Below, piece by piece: positions 1-13,891 of a stretch of DNA of 64,000 bases. Where the stretch lies: positions 77,872,001-77,936,000 of the forward strand of contig CM060731.1 in assembly GCA_030704615.1 (NCBI GenBank). Reading direction: 5' to 3'. The position numbers and the translations under genes are program-made. Within the stretch, counting starts at the first letter, position 1; the number at the start of each line of letters is the position of its first letter. The notes beneath the pieces were generated by a model. It was not told where the DNA came from. It searched no databases and saw nothing but the letters and a program-made list of their open reading frames with translations. Source of the DNA: Takakia lepidozioides (Eukaryota; Plantae; Bryophyta).

Positions 1-1899
1 TGCACTAGAGTACAGACCCCTCTCTCCTCCTCCTCCTCCAGAAACCCACCTGAGAATCTACACTTGGCAGGCTCTCTCTCCCCATACATCCCTTTTTTCC
101 GCCAGGAACAGGCTGCTCAGCTTCCTCTTGCTTTCATGCAGCTGTGTGTGCAGGGCACCTGGAGTTTGACTCACACTCCCGTTCCAATCTGAAATAGCTG
201 CTTGCAAGTCACAAATCTTCGTCGCAGTATTTGATGGGTGGCACTGTGTTGAATGTTTCAAATAGGCAGTAAACTGTCACTGGATCTTCCAGTTGCTTGA
301 ATTGTACACGTTGATTCTCGACCCCCAGCCCCCCAAGTAGCTCTCTCTTGCATGCCTTTCCTGTGCACGATCCTGGATTGCTCCAAGATTGAAAGGTTGA
401 GATCATTTCAGATTTCCCTCTGCTCAATACTGACATGCAAAACGCCACGGATTCAGTCACTCAGCCCTTCAAAAGTTCATGCTCGTTCTTCTATTGGCTT
501 AAGTTCTATGATCATGTTTATTTTACTTAGTTATTTTCTTATATCTACTATTGTGGGGTATAGTAGTATCTGATGAGTGTAGACTACTGAGACCTAACAA
601 AAGGGGGGTGCAATGATTTATATATTTTTAAATAAATAAAGTGGGAGAAGATAAAGAAAAACTCCTAATTCTAGCGACTACTGAAGGTCGGAGACTAGTT
701 TAACGTAAGACGGCGCCATAGCGCTAGGTCATCATAGCCACGTCATCATTACCACGTTTCATCGTCAATTGTTTTTGGGACCTGCCCGCATTGCCCGAGA
801 GGTGTCTTGCAGCGCGGATGATGTCCCCGCGTGCTTGAGTTTCGCACACCAATAGCAGATGGAGACATTTGCAGATTATGAGATACACACCGCAGGAGCT
901 CTAACTTAACAGCTGGAATTTGCATGATTGTGGCTTTTTTCTAATGTACGATGTGAAGAAGCTTGCTTGTTTTTCCACCATTGAAATAAATCTTTCTACA
1001 CGGATAAAGAAACTCTTCTAAGAGAAAAAGAAAATACATGGGGAGTGCGGTTACAAAATATAACCCATTATCCGGGTGCGTTACAGACCGTAACGCACTT
1101 CAGGAGGGTTCCTTTCAGTGTTTTTTTTTTCACTTTTCCAATATCGCCAGAAAGGCTACATATAAATTCTATCCAAGTGCCCATGTGGCGAAAAGTGGCT
1201 ATACAAACGGTGTCACATTTTAACAGGTCCACGTAGGAAAATTCTGGCTCCTGATATATAACCATTGGCGCTTTCTGGCGAAGTTTTACTCCCAAAATTC
1301 CCTTATAAAAGTAGCCGACCCATAAACGTCATAGGCAATATCATAGCCAGGCCGATTTGTCATAGCGGTGCCCTGTGTCATCAGAGCGATGACGGCAACT
1401 ACTAACTGAGAGATGTTTGGACCACTAAAAGCAGCTGCATGCCTGACCGATTTCCTTCGTTCCGCAACTTTCTCCCACGGTGAAATTGAACTTTGTTGTG
1501 CGGTGAGGGAGAGTCCAATTCGCCATTCACAGCGAGGCTGGCCTTTGCCGATGGACCCGGGACTTAACATATGTTAAACAACGTGGACACTTAGGAGGCC
1601 CCCAGTGGAGAAGGCCAGGCGATTCTCACCAGCTGGATGCATGCAGGTCCAAAAAAGCTGCGAGCTCTCCTCTTTTTCTTTTCAATTGTTGGTGTAGCCT
1701 CCTGGGACGACAATAGTCTGAAACTAGTATATTACACCTACAGCAATCTAAATTTCTTAGTGTATCATGGAGGAGCTGCCATAACCAAGTATGGGACAGT
1801 CAACCCAGAATCTGGAGGCCAAATGGTCGGCCAGACTGTTCCCCAACTCACATTCCTAGATGATGTTCTACACCAAATCGGAACTCCACAGCGAGTGTT

Positions 1900-4800
1900 C
1901 TAAATGGAAGTACTATTGGGCACCCCTTTTCCAGTCACTCCGGTGTCTGAAGACCGATACAACAGCTCATATGGAAGCTCAACAGAGCCATACCGGTTCT
2001 TAAGCTGCTTGTCCATGTTTCGCTTCCTGATTAGCTCCTCAATCTCATTAATACTTTGTGCAAACTTTCCAAATGCTGCCAGTACCTGAAAATATCACAA
2101 AACAACCATAGTTCATTTTTACAATATAAAGGGAAATCTCCAATTTCACCTCTGCTAATTCTTTGAAACTTGGGAGACTACCTTGAGCCTGCAAGATTGA
2201 AACCACTATGAAAAATGAAGGGAAAAATTTACCCTCTCATCATCGGTCCAATTTGATACTGAACGTTGTCCCAGATACTCCTCATTGCTTGAGTGTGTTG
2301 ACAAAACCTCGACTGTGGACATAATTGCCTTGGCCTGGGTCTCATTCGAGACAGTGGATAGATAGAAGGCCTCAGGATCTGATTGAAGCTCGGTAAACTC
2401 AGGCGTGCCAGCATCAGGGATAAGGCGCCGAGTTGTTGTCGGATGGTTAGGCATGTACCCAGCATAGTCATACTGCCCCAAAATGACAGCCGCATGGTGG
2501 CAAGAGGCAAGCCATACAAGAATTGTCAGAGTCTCTACTAATGATTCTGTAGAATTGAGCATTGGCCAACCCTCTTCATCCTTCTTGTCACCATGCCCTA
2601 CGCTTCGGATCTCTGTCCACCAACTCTGGAGCTCCTCATCTTCTTGGACACTTCCATCATCACAGTAAAAAAGGGTGATGTACTCATTCAACCAAGTGCG
2701 GATAGCCCCCCACAGCTCCAGCCCGTCAGCTGCAAAGGGGTAGTCTTCAATCACTAGCTTCAGCCCATGCTCAGCGGTTGGATCTACCACTGCCATTCCC
2801 CTGTCCAAAAAACATCTCCAGTGCTTCATGTCAAGTTTCCTGTATTGAGCTTATTGCATTTATCCATGAACTTACTCTCTCTCTCAACCCGGCTGACTCC
2901 TGCCCATCTTTCTTTCTTTCTTTCTTTCACAGTTTTGTCTGCGGACGTTATAAAGTACCATACCTTTTCATTTCTTTCGTTCGTAGTTGCTTTTGGGCTG
3001 TTTTTTGGCTCTGTTTTGTTTCCTCCTCTCTTGTTTTTCCAATTTGTCCCATAAGCTCTTTGAGCTTTCCGCCGACGTTGTAAAGTACCATTTCATTTCT
3101 GCATAAAGCTTTGACCCTTAGGCAATCCCTTGTGGGCTGCTTTTGGCTGTCTCTTTGAGTGATTGTGTCTTACTCGTCTTCTTTCTTGTTTTTCCTTTTG
3201 CCCATAAGCTCTTTGAGCTTTCTGCGGACATTATAAAGTACCACTTCGTTTCATTTTGTCACTGAGATTGTGCATTAATCATTGACATCTTTCGTCCTAT
3301 CTTTATGCCACCGCCATCACGTCTAATCTCTCCACGTTCTTTGATTGAGAGTGGGCTTTCAGCAATGGGGATGCACAATAAATCTTGGCGAAGTGCTACT
3401 TCACTACCCTTATTATTTAGCTTGAGATGCTCACCTTTTGATTAAGTCAGCAGGCAAGGCTTGTTCATCAAAGCGCCACTTCAACTTGTAGACAACAGAA
3501 CTCATTTCCATAGAGTATTGCTGGGGTGTGAAAGTCTTCTCAATAATCCCCCCTGCATTTATGAGGGCCTTTCGAGCAGCTGCATTGATATCCAGAGTGT
3601 TTTTGAAGTGTGGCAACAACACTTGATTCACTGGGTGTAATGCACTTAATTGCCTGTTGGTTGCTATTGCTATGGGCTCCAGTGTTGCATGCGTCCTCAG
3701 CCTGCGTACTCATGGAGAAAAGAGAGTCATTGAGGTAGCTGTACAGGAACACAGAGCTTGGAAGAATCTCCTCATAAATCAAAAGCAGTACAAGGCCGCA
3801 ATAGCATTGTGGCTATGGATGCCCCTGGATATAGATCCTGCTGGAGGGTGACAACCCAGTGTGGAAATCATAGCTCTCTAACAGACAACATTCCCCTGCT
3901 TTGAAAGGTTTGTTTTACTCTACCTGATGTTAGATCAACATTGGGCGGCAAATGGAGTAGGAGTGGAACCTCACCAGTGATTTATAAGCTGGTGGTATCC
4001 AGAATCATTAGCCAGTACATGGGCTTTTGCAAGTTGCCACACCCAATCTTTTGTCCCTGACACAGGAGGTGTGACGACACGTTTGACACTCTCACCGCCT
4101 GGATCCTGTGGTGGCAAACTCAACTCAATTGCAACAGGTTTTAGAGTGCCCTCAGTGGTCAGAAAGAGTACTGTCCGGGTGGCATAGGCCTGACTAGTCT
4201 TCTGTTCGTTGATTTTGTTGATGTAGGGTAGGTAAGTATCATGGTAATCCAATACAAACAGCTTCTTCTCTGCCACAGCCTGCCAGATTATGATGATAAG
4301 CATCATTCCACAGCTCTGATCTACCACTTGGACTCTGACGATTGGAGGAGGGAAAGAAAGGAAAGACAGGTAGTTTTAATGGCCACAGAAAGGCACACAG
4401 AGCTTATGGGACAAAAGACATCCCCAAAAAGATACCAAGGAACATAGAGCAAAAGTGAGACTGTGCCTGGGAGTTAGGCAACTGTAAGGTGAAGTATCAA
4501 CACGCAGAGACGCGCACACATTACGTCAAAACAAACTGAAAATCTTATCAATAGAACAAAAACTTCAAGAAATACGAGGGAATTTACTCAGCTGTACCTC
4601 TTGAACATCTAGTCCTTCCAATTGAAGCTCGATGTGTTCAGCAGTTATACCAGAAATTGGGTCACCATATGTAGCAGCATCCAGTTTACTAATTAGAGGG
4701 AATTCCTGCAGATTCCAAACAAACTTGAATCCATCAGTAGGCTATTCTCTGAGGTGGTTACATAGAAAGTACCCGCTCTTGGTGGTTAGAAAGACCTTTC

Positions 4801-7715
4801 CATTTTGGACTGATCAAAGCTGACTGCTTCTCAAATGTGATTTTGAATGCCCACTGCAAAGGAGTTTTCCTTCTTTGGCACATTGAAATGTTTGAAATCA
4901 ATTCTTTGAATGAAAAAGAGATTGTACTCATAAGACGTTGTTTGCCGTTGCCTTTGAATGAAAAAGAGAGACGAAAACCAAAGACACAAAATAATGGTAG
5001 AGTGCCCAGATGGTTAAGAGCAGACACTGGGAAAGGGAGATACCGTAAGGCACTCAATGACCATGGGGTTGAGCCCTGCAAGCATCTCACGAGCAAACTC
5101 CTCATCTAGCACCGATGCCTGCTCATCAACTGCACAATATAGACAACTGTCCTATCAGGAGATTATACTCCAATAGTCTTAAAGAGTCCAAGTTTTTAAA
5201 GTGAAGGAAAACCATTGCTGGAATTTTGATCTTACATCTCCGAGTTTGCTATGGCAGCAAGGTAGGAAAAACACAAATTTACTGTGTGTTGATGTTATGG
5301 AAACAAGACCACAAAAAGCCCTTTGGGACAAGGCTAAGGGCTCTACTAGAGTACGCACCTGCAATAACCCTTGGCAATGGATAGACAACCCCCCTGTCTT
5401 CAGCTAACTCCTGAGTATTGAGGTCCAGGGGACTGGTCTGGATATATGACTCCCTGTGCAGGTCGGTTAGTCCTTTCGAATCGGTGGCCTGTTCATAGAG
5501 ATCCTTGATATGGTGGAGACTCTTGAACTCACTGTGTTCGCTGTACAAATCTTGAAGTGCAGGTAGCATCTTGTGGGCTGCTCCCTTGATGGCATCTGCT
5601 AGGGGATCTGTATCTTTCATGGGGATAAACTTTTCATCGCAAGGAATATAGAAATTTGCAAACACCTCCCCACGGCTCTCTGATCCTGGATCTGTCCCCA
5701 ACAAAATAGTGGTTCATAAAAATCCTACACGATATCTTAGAAAGAAAGAATTATTACTTCCACATGTGACCCACAGGCCCAGTCAGAGAAAGTAGAATTA
5801 CCAAAGAAAACCAAACAACAGGAAAAATTTTCAAAATTACATGAGAAAGATGTGGAGATCAAAAGGTCTGTGAGACAAAATTAGGATATTGGCTCCAGTG
5901 GTTAGTTACCATATGCCTCTGGATGCTTAGCATACGCATAATGGTCTTGGGAAGTGACCTGAGAAGTTAGTGACATCATTTGTACAAGATTTTGGACTGT
6001 GTTAAATTGCCAGGGGTGGAGTATCGTGTACAATGTGCAGTTTAGTAGCACATTGGCGAGTCCTAAAGTAATGTAACAGAGCATCATCACTTTCAAGGGA
6101 CTGAACTGCAATTACTTACCAGACATGGCAGATGGGCGACCGGTTCGCATTCGACGGGGATATGGAAACTCTGCTGATCCGCCTAAAACAGGTCTCTTAA
6201 GACTTGAATGAGAATCAGCATCACCTAAATCATTGTATGTTGCATAGTCATAGATGCGATCTGAAATTTCCCTTTTACCACTTCCATCACCCCGTAAATT
6301 TTGAAGTTCACTTTCCCTTAGTTGCACTAACCCGGCTGGAGTTTGTTTCGGCAAATAGACCTGCATCACACCACCTCTCAGGGTTCAGAGAGAGAAAGTT
6401 GACAAGACTTCAGCTCATAACAAAAAAACAGGGTGGGGACTCACACCTCATTGGTGTCCTAGCATATTGAAATTGACTTAAAAAGGACCTGGCATGCAGG
6501 ATACTGGCACCACTCCAAATTAACTAAAGGCAAAACCTGAGCCTGATAGCTTGGGAGGAAAGACTCAGCCAAGGAAGATATCAATGGGTCTGATGAGCAA
6601 TTACCTTATTGCTGAAGAATATGCGGTCAGTTTTGTATGCTTTGGTATTATACACGCGTGAATAGCACAGAAAGTGGATGACAGTATTGTCTGGCATTTC
6701 AATGTTGAATGTTTGAAGGAAGAACTCATCGCGGTGTCTGTTTCTAATGATAAAAGCCCCAGGAACACCGAAGTTCCTCTCTACTAGGAAGTTTAGATCA
6801 AATCTACACATGGTAGAACCCAGTAGCACCGGGGTGTCTATCCAGTTCTCTATTGTGACTTCCTGGCTACGTTTCCCCATGCCTGTACCTGCAAGACCTA
6901 AGCACGAAGTTTTTGAGATTAGACCACCATGGCATTGCTGCTAATTTGTTTATGACTTACCTGATTGTATCTTGGGACACCCTGCTTTGAAGGCACTACC
7001 CTGAAGGAGGCAAATGAGTCTCCAGGTGGATACTCCATAACACAAGTGCAGTACCAGCAAAGGAGAACATTCATTATGAGAGTACTATCCCTCCTGAGGT
7101 CTTGAGTAGCTGAGTGCTTACGGCTGCTTTGATTCTAGAGAGTCAAGCCATATGCAATAACTCCCCTAGTGGAAGGACAAACTTGGAAAGAAACAGCCCA
7201 TCAAGGAAGTTGATATAAGGGCCTCCGAGTGAACTCTGACATGAAATTGCTACGGTGATGTTGAACTTACTCTTGTCGACATCAAGGCTGACAAGTTGCA
7301 AACTAATTTTTTGGCCAAGACGCTCGTCTGCGTCGTCGTGGACGTGGACTTCACCGTCAGGTAAGTCAAACACATTTTTCTTGCAGACGACAATAGATGC
7401 CCTCAAACGTGTGTACACTCGAGCTTCATTTGAGAGGGAAACGCAATCGTTCAGAAGCCTCCCAATATCACTCAATTTAACTGTGTCAACAGCACAGGAC
7501 TTCACTATCGATTTTCTCGCTGCTTTGCCACGTTCCACTTGAGACCTTATAACATGGTTACATTTTCCTTGCTTCCCGGATCTGCGTCGAGAGTGCTCCG
7601 GGCCCCTAGAGAACAACAAAACCATCTCATTTTCTGTAAGGAAATTTGAGGGGAGCAGCTTGAACGTGGCCGGTGATCCGATGGGGAGCCTGCCCACATG
7701 CATTGCTTGCTGCAT
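1900..7715 (-). CDS. LOX: Lipoxygenase, probably plastid-targeted 13S-LOX; 10 exons approx 7715-7271, 6888-6605, 6360-6120, 5691-5359, 5129-5044, 4705-4598, 4279-3975, 3701-3435, 2800-2233, 2085-1900
   Basis: Seen: PLAT-domain segment ([19 protein letters not shown]), [47 protein letters not shown] iron-ligand motif, [10 protein letters not shown]-terminal GVPNSTSI-stop; GT-AG boundaries at each exon. Long basic N-terminal extension and IEKTF (TF motif) suggest type-II 13-LOX (inference). Confidence 0.93.
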
Positions 7716-8699
7716 AGTCTGTTCTCAACAAGCAGGTTCGTATATCTCGCACTCTTTCGATCCCTTTGCAATCAGTAGCCCAAGAAGCAGGGTACACAAG
7801 TATTGCAAAATCTAATATGATGAAACTCAAGTCCTCTATTTATAATCACACTCCAGCACAGCAACAAAGCGCTGCCTCAGATGCCCAACTTTCAGGCTTG
7901 GGAGATCTCGCGAGTGTACGCCAATGCAAAATGTGGGAGGGAGAGGATGCTCTTACAGTGGATGTGTCAATTCGAATGATGGGGGCAGATCTCAGAATCA
8001 TATATATATATGCACGTCGAGGCCATCCTCATGCTGAGATTTGACTCCCTACTGTAGACTGGCGAGTGACCAACAACGGTCTTATCATTAGGATTCTCTT
8101 TGATTGATTGAAGCCCCACCAGTATCGCTAACGAAATTTCAACGAAATTATGGTGCAAAGATCATCTTCTTAGCACCACCTGACACCACGCTCTTGACCA
8201 CATGATCGCTGCGGCTTCTGTGCGCGACACATCGTTTGACCTGCATCCTCTCTACAAGCTGGCAACACTGCATTGCAGTTGACACTACCTTTTGTGGAAA
8301 ATAGTCAAAATCCGTCGTTGTTGATGGAATTGTGATTGCTAAGATAAAGTGAGTGGGTTTGTCTCCTGTCCTCAAGCCGGGGGCTCAAATTACAGAAGAA
8401 AGACAAAAACAAATCTTCGGCCTAAAGCAAATCTCAGGGCCCTAAGCTGATCCCAAACTAATATTTCTACTTCTCTGCGACATGTTGGCTCCAAAGAGCC
8501 AGGTCTGAGCATAGATCTAAGTTAGTTAACTTTTGAACTAAGGGGCAATCTTCAGAAGACAACGGTCTAGGGGATTAGCATTGGGGGACTTATTCAGCTC
8601 GCTGTCCCTATTGGGGGGCTTATCACAGCAGTGCTGACCACACTTCTATTGAAGGTTTGCTTGAATTGATGCATTTTTTTTAAACTAAGTAATCACATC

Positions 8700-10200
8700 A
8701 TTCTTTGCAGACTTAAGTATCATGACTTTGTGTATGACAAGGGAGATCCAAATTATGTGTATGAGGGCCTTTCTCACCACCCTGACAAGTCAAGCTGATG
8801 TCAACAATGTGGTTGACAAGTAGCCACTCAGCCCAAGCCATTGACATCCCCCCATGATGTGGAAAAAATAGAGAGAAGACCGAACCCAAAGGTTCATCTG
8901 GGGACCCACATAGTTAGGAATGTTGGGATACCCTAACCTGGTTAACAGAGTGCAACGAAAACAGCATTCATGAAAAATCCGAGATGAGCATTTTGCAAGT
9001 CTATATGCGCCTGTAGCAAAAGGCAACAGGGGCCTACATTGCAAATCATTTCACTCAGTGTGAAATGATTTGCAATGTAGGCCCTTGTTGCCTTTTGATT
9101 CGAAACCTGTGCGCAGGGCCTGTTGCACCCCATTTTTTTTTGTCCCAAGAGAAACAGAAAACAATTAAGAGATCCTTTGGCGGCTAAGTTACTCCAAAGT
9201 TTGTGATGACCAGAACAGTTCACAACAGAAAGACTGTTTGCAATCTACTATGGTTGCCAGATAAGGCAATTAGACAAAGTAAGAGTTTGTTTAGCATCGA
9301 GCGAAGACTATAGGTCTAGCTATATGTGAAGGAAGACGAGGGACTAGAGAAGATGATGTTTCGGACTTCAGTAGTCAGCCCTTGGTAGAACAACTCCATC
9401 AAGAAGCTGCCTACCCACTAACAGAATGTACTACGAGGAAGTTGTTGGTGGGAATGATGCCTGCAGTGCACGCCAAGTTGGTGATAAAGATAGCTTGGAA
9501 AAGAAGACAAAACACACACTGTTCTTTTCCTTAAACAATTACAAACTGAGCTTTGATGACTAGTTCACAACACTCGGGTTCGTTGGGGAGGTTGCAACGT
9601 TGCAACTCTGAGCAGGGTCCCACTTTGCGAGTATTACGTATATCGTGGGTGCACATGGAGCACGATTGAAATTATTCTTGGTTTTGAGCGGAATCCTATT
9701 GGGCAAAGGGGTTCCGGCTTGGGAGGTTGAGCGGCTCGGGTCCAGAGCCTTCCCGACGTGATGTCAAGTGTACCTGTTGAGGTTGGACAGACTCTTGCTA
9801 AAAGGTGAAGCACCCAGGCCTCCTCCCTAGCACATGCCCAAGACTGGGAGCCGGAGAAAATGGAGTGTCAATCTGTGGGCTTGTCAACCACCCTTCCATG
9901 CCTGATAAAGCCTCACCAGCTTGTTGCCCATCCTCTCATAGAGACCACCTTCCTTGATGATCATGAAAGTCACATGGAAATTGGAATGATTTGGCCAGCA
10001 ACAACCCACTGCCCACAATCATCAAGAGCTTTGTTCAAAACGCACGGGTGATCCAAGGCACGTGTTGAAGAATTGAAATAAGGATCGCTCTGGTAAACTC
10101 CCACTACAGGACTCGGGAGTCGGACTGGGGACAGGAGTGAGGCCTCCGACTATTTGTAATCTACTCCTCCAAGCCCTATTAAGGTCTCCCCTATAGAGCC
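8700..10200 (-). mobile_element. Highly decayed retroelement remnant (gypsy-like fragments)
   Basis: Minus-strand pieces near 8700-9000 resemble an integrase C-terminal GPY/F module (NYVGP...LDLP..HD); no intact ORF or termini found. Confidence 0.3.
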
Positions 10201-10497
10201 CCTGCAAGGGGACACATCAATGTGGCCCCCACATTAATTGCACTGCAGCCTCCATGAGCCCCCATGCCATGCTATAGCCGCCATAGCCAGCCTCCATGCT
10301 CCACATCCGCCATCCATGCGCGCCATAAGCTCCATATGGGGCTCATGGAGGTGCATAATTGCTACAGCTGCACCTATTATGTACTAGAGAACGGGCCATG
10401 TTTGGCCGATTCTGCCCTGCAAGCAGCGGCCTTTGGGTGAGCCCTATGGCCGTGCCCAGGGCAGAGTCGGCCAACGTGGCCCGTTCACGGGCGTTAA

Positions 10498-10775
10498 AAG
10501 CAGGTGTGGCGGATTCTCGCCGCGCTACGTGGTGCAATATGATTGAGGTTCGATTATCCCATATCGATTGCCCAGATTCAGAGCCCCGGAGAGGATATAA
10601 ACGGGGCGAGCCTTAGGGGAAGGCGGGCGGGTCGATGGCTGCTGACATGGGCCTCGGTGGTGGTAGGTCTGCCATCCTCTGTGCGTAATCGGCCATCCCT
10701 ACCGATTCTGCCCTAGGTGGCCAATTCGGCCCGAGAATTAGGCCGAAAAAGTGGCAGAATCCGCCACACCTGCTC
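10498..10775. mobile_element. Tourist/PIF-Harbinger-like MITE, ~278 bp
   Basis: TIR (a/g)AGCAGGTGTGGCGGATTCT ... AGAATCCGCCACACCTGCTC, flanked by TAA at 10495-10497 and 10776-10778. Confidence 0.75.
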
Positions 10776-12139
10776 TAACGAAACAATGTATAAAGTAGTC
10801 AACGTTGCGCCATGGAAGGACTACCTACCTCCTCACATCCAGAACGATCTTCGTGGGACCACCATGTGATGGAAGATAAGCCACCATAGGAACCCCCAAA
10901 TATCCCTTCCTTGTGATACAAGACCCTGTCTTGGCCTATTCATAGTAAATGCCATTTGAGCAATCACTAGACCATTTGAGTCTATGATCACAGAAATTTG
11001 CAGGCCCAACCGTCTCTCTTTGAACCACCATACAGTGCCAGATGTGCCACCATAAGAAAAAAATAACACTAATAAATGAGGATGATAAGGTGAGTTAATT
11101 GACTCCCTAAAACTGCGCCATGATTGGTGTTGTTGATCACCATGTAATGTGCATAGCTGCACCACATTGGATAAAGAATGAACCAATACCAGGTCATCAG
11201 ACAAATGTCTTTATAATTTTAGAGATGCATTGATCGAACTAACCTGAACTCTGTACTATGGAATTATGTGGAGTTGTTACTTAACAGAATTGGAGGCTGA
11301 ATTAATTTCGTTGTGGGGCAACTTGCCGTGTCTTCAACTTGTGTGTTCAAATTACAAAATTGCAGTCACATACTCTCCCACCACACACTAGCAAACATTT
11401 GAGATCCATGCCTTGTTTATCTCTTTATACAAAAATTAGCTCCATGGCTGAAATTGCTAAGTCTAGATCAGACGAGCACTTCAGCTCATGCTTGGATTGC
11501 TACAGGAAGGAAGATAGTGGTTGCCTCTGAGAGATATCTCCCAACAACACATTGCAAATGTCCGCTTATACTTAGGTTCCATCTTTCATTGATTGATGTT
11601 ATACGCCACCGAGCTATTTGTTGGCCCACGATACATATTACTACCTGCTTACATGTGTTCTGTGAATACTAACATTTGCGTAGAGGTAAACACAAGTAGT
11701 GATTCAGATGGTGAAGTACGTAGTGATGAAGACATCTGCAGTTGAATCAATTGTCTCAATATAGTATCTATAAGCTTGAATTTTCCGAACAACTTGTGCA
11801 CATATTTGCTTTAGGCATGATATGATGTATTAGCTTTTCTAGTCTTCGTTTACTTCTAAGCATTACGAGAGTTCATTCGGGTACATGCAATAGTTTGTAT
11901 CACGATTGAAAAGTAGTCTACCTAATCACAATGACAAATCGACGACGGTATACTAGATAAGGTCCCACAGTTGTTCATCGGGCTGCTGCGATTCAATCTG
12001 AATTATGTGAGCCCAGCGACAATGTTTCGGTCTCTCCTCCAAATGTGCCTACTTCATGCAAAGAGCTCGATCATATGTAGGAAGTATTGTCACAGGCGAG
12101 CCAGTGATTTCGAGAAAAACACGTACAAGCTCCAAACCA

Positions 12140-13292
12140 TGTCGAAAATGGAAAGAAGAGACAACGATGGCAGCCATAGAGGCGATTGAAAATGGTGAAG
12201 TTGCCGCATGAAGACAATCTGGGATTCCAGAGTCCAGTATTAGAAGATGGATGTCTAGAGTTACTACTACCCAAAAATCTGGAATGAACACCGTGTTGAC
12301 AACTGAGGAAGAAAAAGAATTGGTGGAAAGGATGTTGCAGTGTCAACAGGTTGGGACGTGTCAAAAGCTTGGATGACAACAACTTTGTTTGCCGATTGGC
12401 TTTGGCATTTTCAACGTAATGTTCCTGGAGGCATATATGTCGATAATAGATATTTGCTCATTTTGGACAATTGCAGTTCTCACATATCTGCGGATGCCAT
12501 CAGCTTTGCCTCAAATGTAGGACTCGATATTCTAACAATTCCTGCATACACCTCTCACAAAATTGCAGCCTTTGTTTCTTGCTTCCATCCTTTCAAACAT
12601 TATTTCAAGCTTGAAGTTTGTTCATGATGAAGCACCACGGAGAGGTTGGAAAAGAACAGCTAGCTTCTTTGGCGAGCAAAGCACTACAGCGTGCAATGAC
12701 GGTGAATACCATTGAAATGGATTTAGGAGAACAGGCATATGGCCATTAAATCCAAATGCCTTGGATGGAGATTTTGGACCCAACGAAGATGTAGGGGCGT
12801 TGTTGTTGAGTTTGAGAGTTCCTACGAGTTCTAACGGCAGAGGGCCTTTGGATCGAGATGGTGTTGTGCATATGGATCCTTCAAATCATGTCAATGATGT
12901 TCTACGTATGAATCCTTCAAATCATGTCGATGCAGAGGTAAATGTGTTCGATGACAATGATGTATATTGACCTGACCTTTCACACTGCAGGAACCACCTG
13001 AGATGGTGATAACACGATCTTTGACAATACCATGTGTCTATCATACCCGAGTCTTTAAACCATGATTGAAGCTCCTTGTACTTTGAGTGATGGGATATGA
13101 TATGCAGACAAATACGGATACGGCAACTGTGGATCAGCCTCCTCGATTTTAAATTACTAGGAGTGCTCTACTAACTAGCTTTGAGTACCAACAACATTTG
13201 TAAAACAAGATTGAGTGAAAAGCGGCCGCTATAGCAGAGAAAGAAAAAAAAGAATCGAACGGCAGACTGTTGTTGCACAGAGAAAGATGTGT
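12140..13292 (+). pseudogene. Decayed pogo/Fot1/Tigger-like (DDE_1, CENP-B-type) transposase, interrupted by retroelement copy 1 and continuing after 24040
   Basis: HTH-psq-like N-terminus (KWKEETTMAAIEAIENG...GIPESSIRRW) and DDE_1 core (KAWMTTTLFADWL...LLILDNCSSH...IPAYTSH); multiple stops and frameshifts. Confidence 0.75.
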
Positions 13293-13480
13293 TGTCGTGC
13301 GCATACATATCGCTACACAACTACATCGCTGTCCAAAACCACACAACACATGTGCACACCACACACTAGTATACCACTAGTCCACCATTAGTCCAGCCAC
13401 TAGTCCAACCACTAGGCTACAACTAGTCAGTCACTAGGCTGCCACTATGCTGCCCACTATGGCAGTCACTAGTCCACACA
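13293..13480 (-). repeat. Terminal repeat segment A, outer copy (element 1), CCACTAG/ACTAGT-rich
   Basis: Repeated at 13806-13898 (truncated), 24332-24520 and 24860-25064. Confidence 0.85.
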
Positions 13481-13481
13481 A

Positions 13482-13803
13482 TGATAAAGAAGAAGAATAC
13501 AAGCACAAGCTCATGCGAGCTCACAAAGCTGAAGCATAAACTCATGCATATATAACCTCATCACTCAAATACAAGTCAAGCCAAGTGCACCCCACGCCAT
13601 GGGGAATCCACACTACGGCGCCATAGCTAGGCGCGGTGAGGCTCAACTCGAGAAAGATGAGCCTTCCGCGCTTGCCGTGAAGATAACCACTCCAGGGCCT
13701 AAATCTGCCTTGACCCCTGGATTGATACTTGGGCCAATCCCAAATGTCAATATATAAAAGCTAGCTATTTCCTAGCTAGTTTCACACTAGTGGGAACTTG
13801 ACA
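13482..13803 (-). repeat. Terminal repeat segment B, 3' copy (element 1)
   Basis: TGATAAAGAAG...CTTGACA, near-identical to 23714-24040. Confidence 0.92.
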
Positions 13804-13891
13804 GCTGGTCGCATACATATCGCTACACATCGCTGTCCAAAACACACAACACATGTGCACACCACACACTAATATACCACTAGTCCAGCCA

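Noticed and set aside
58-460. Short minus-strand ORFs at the window start
   Set aside because: No recognisable domain or splice pattern; truncated by the window edge.
13370-13480. CRISPR-like or regularly spaced repeat array
   Set aside because: Short degenerate tandem units without unique spacers; eukaryotic LTR context.
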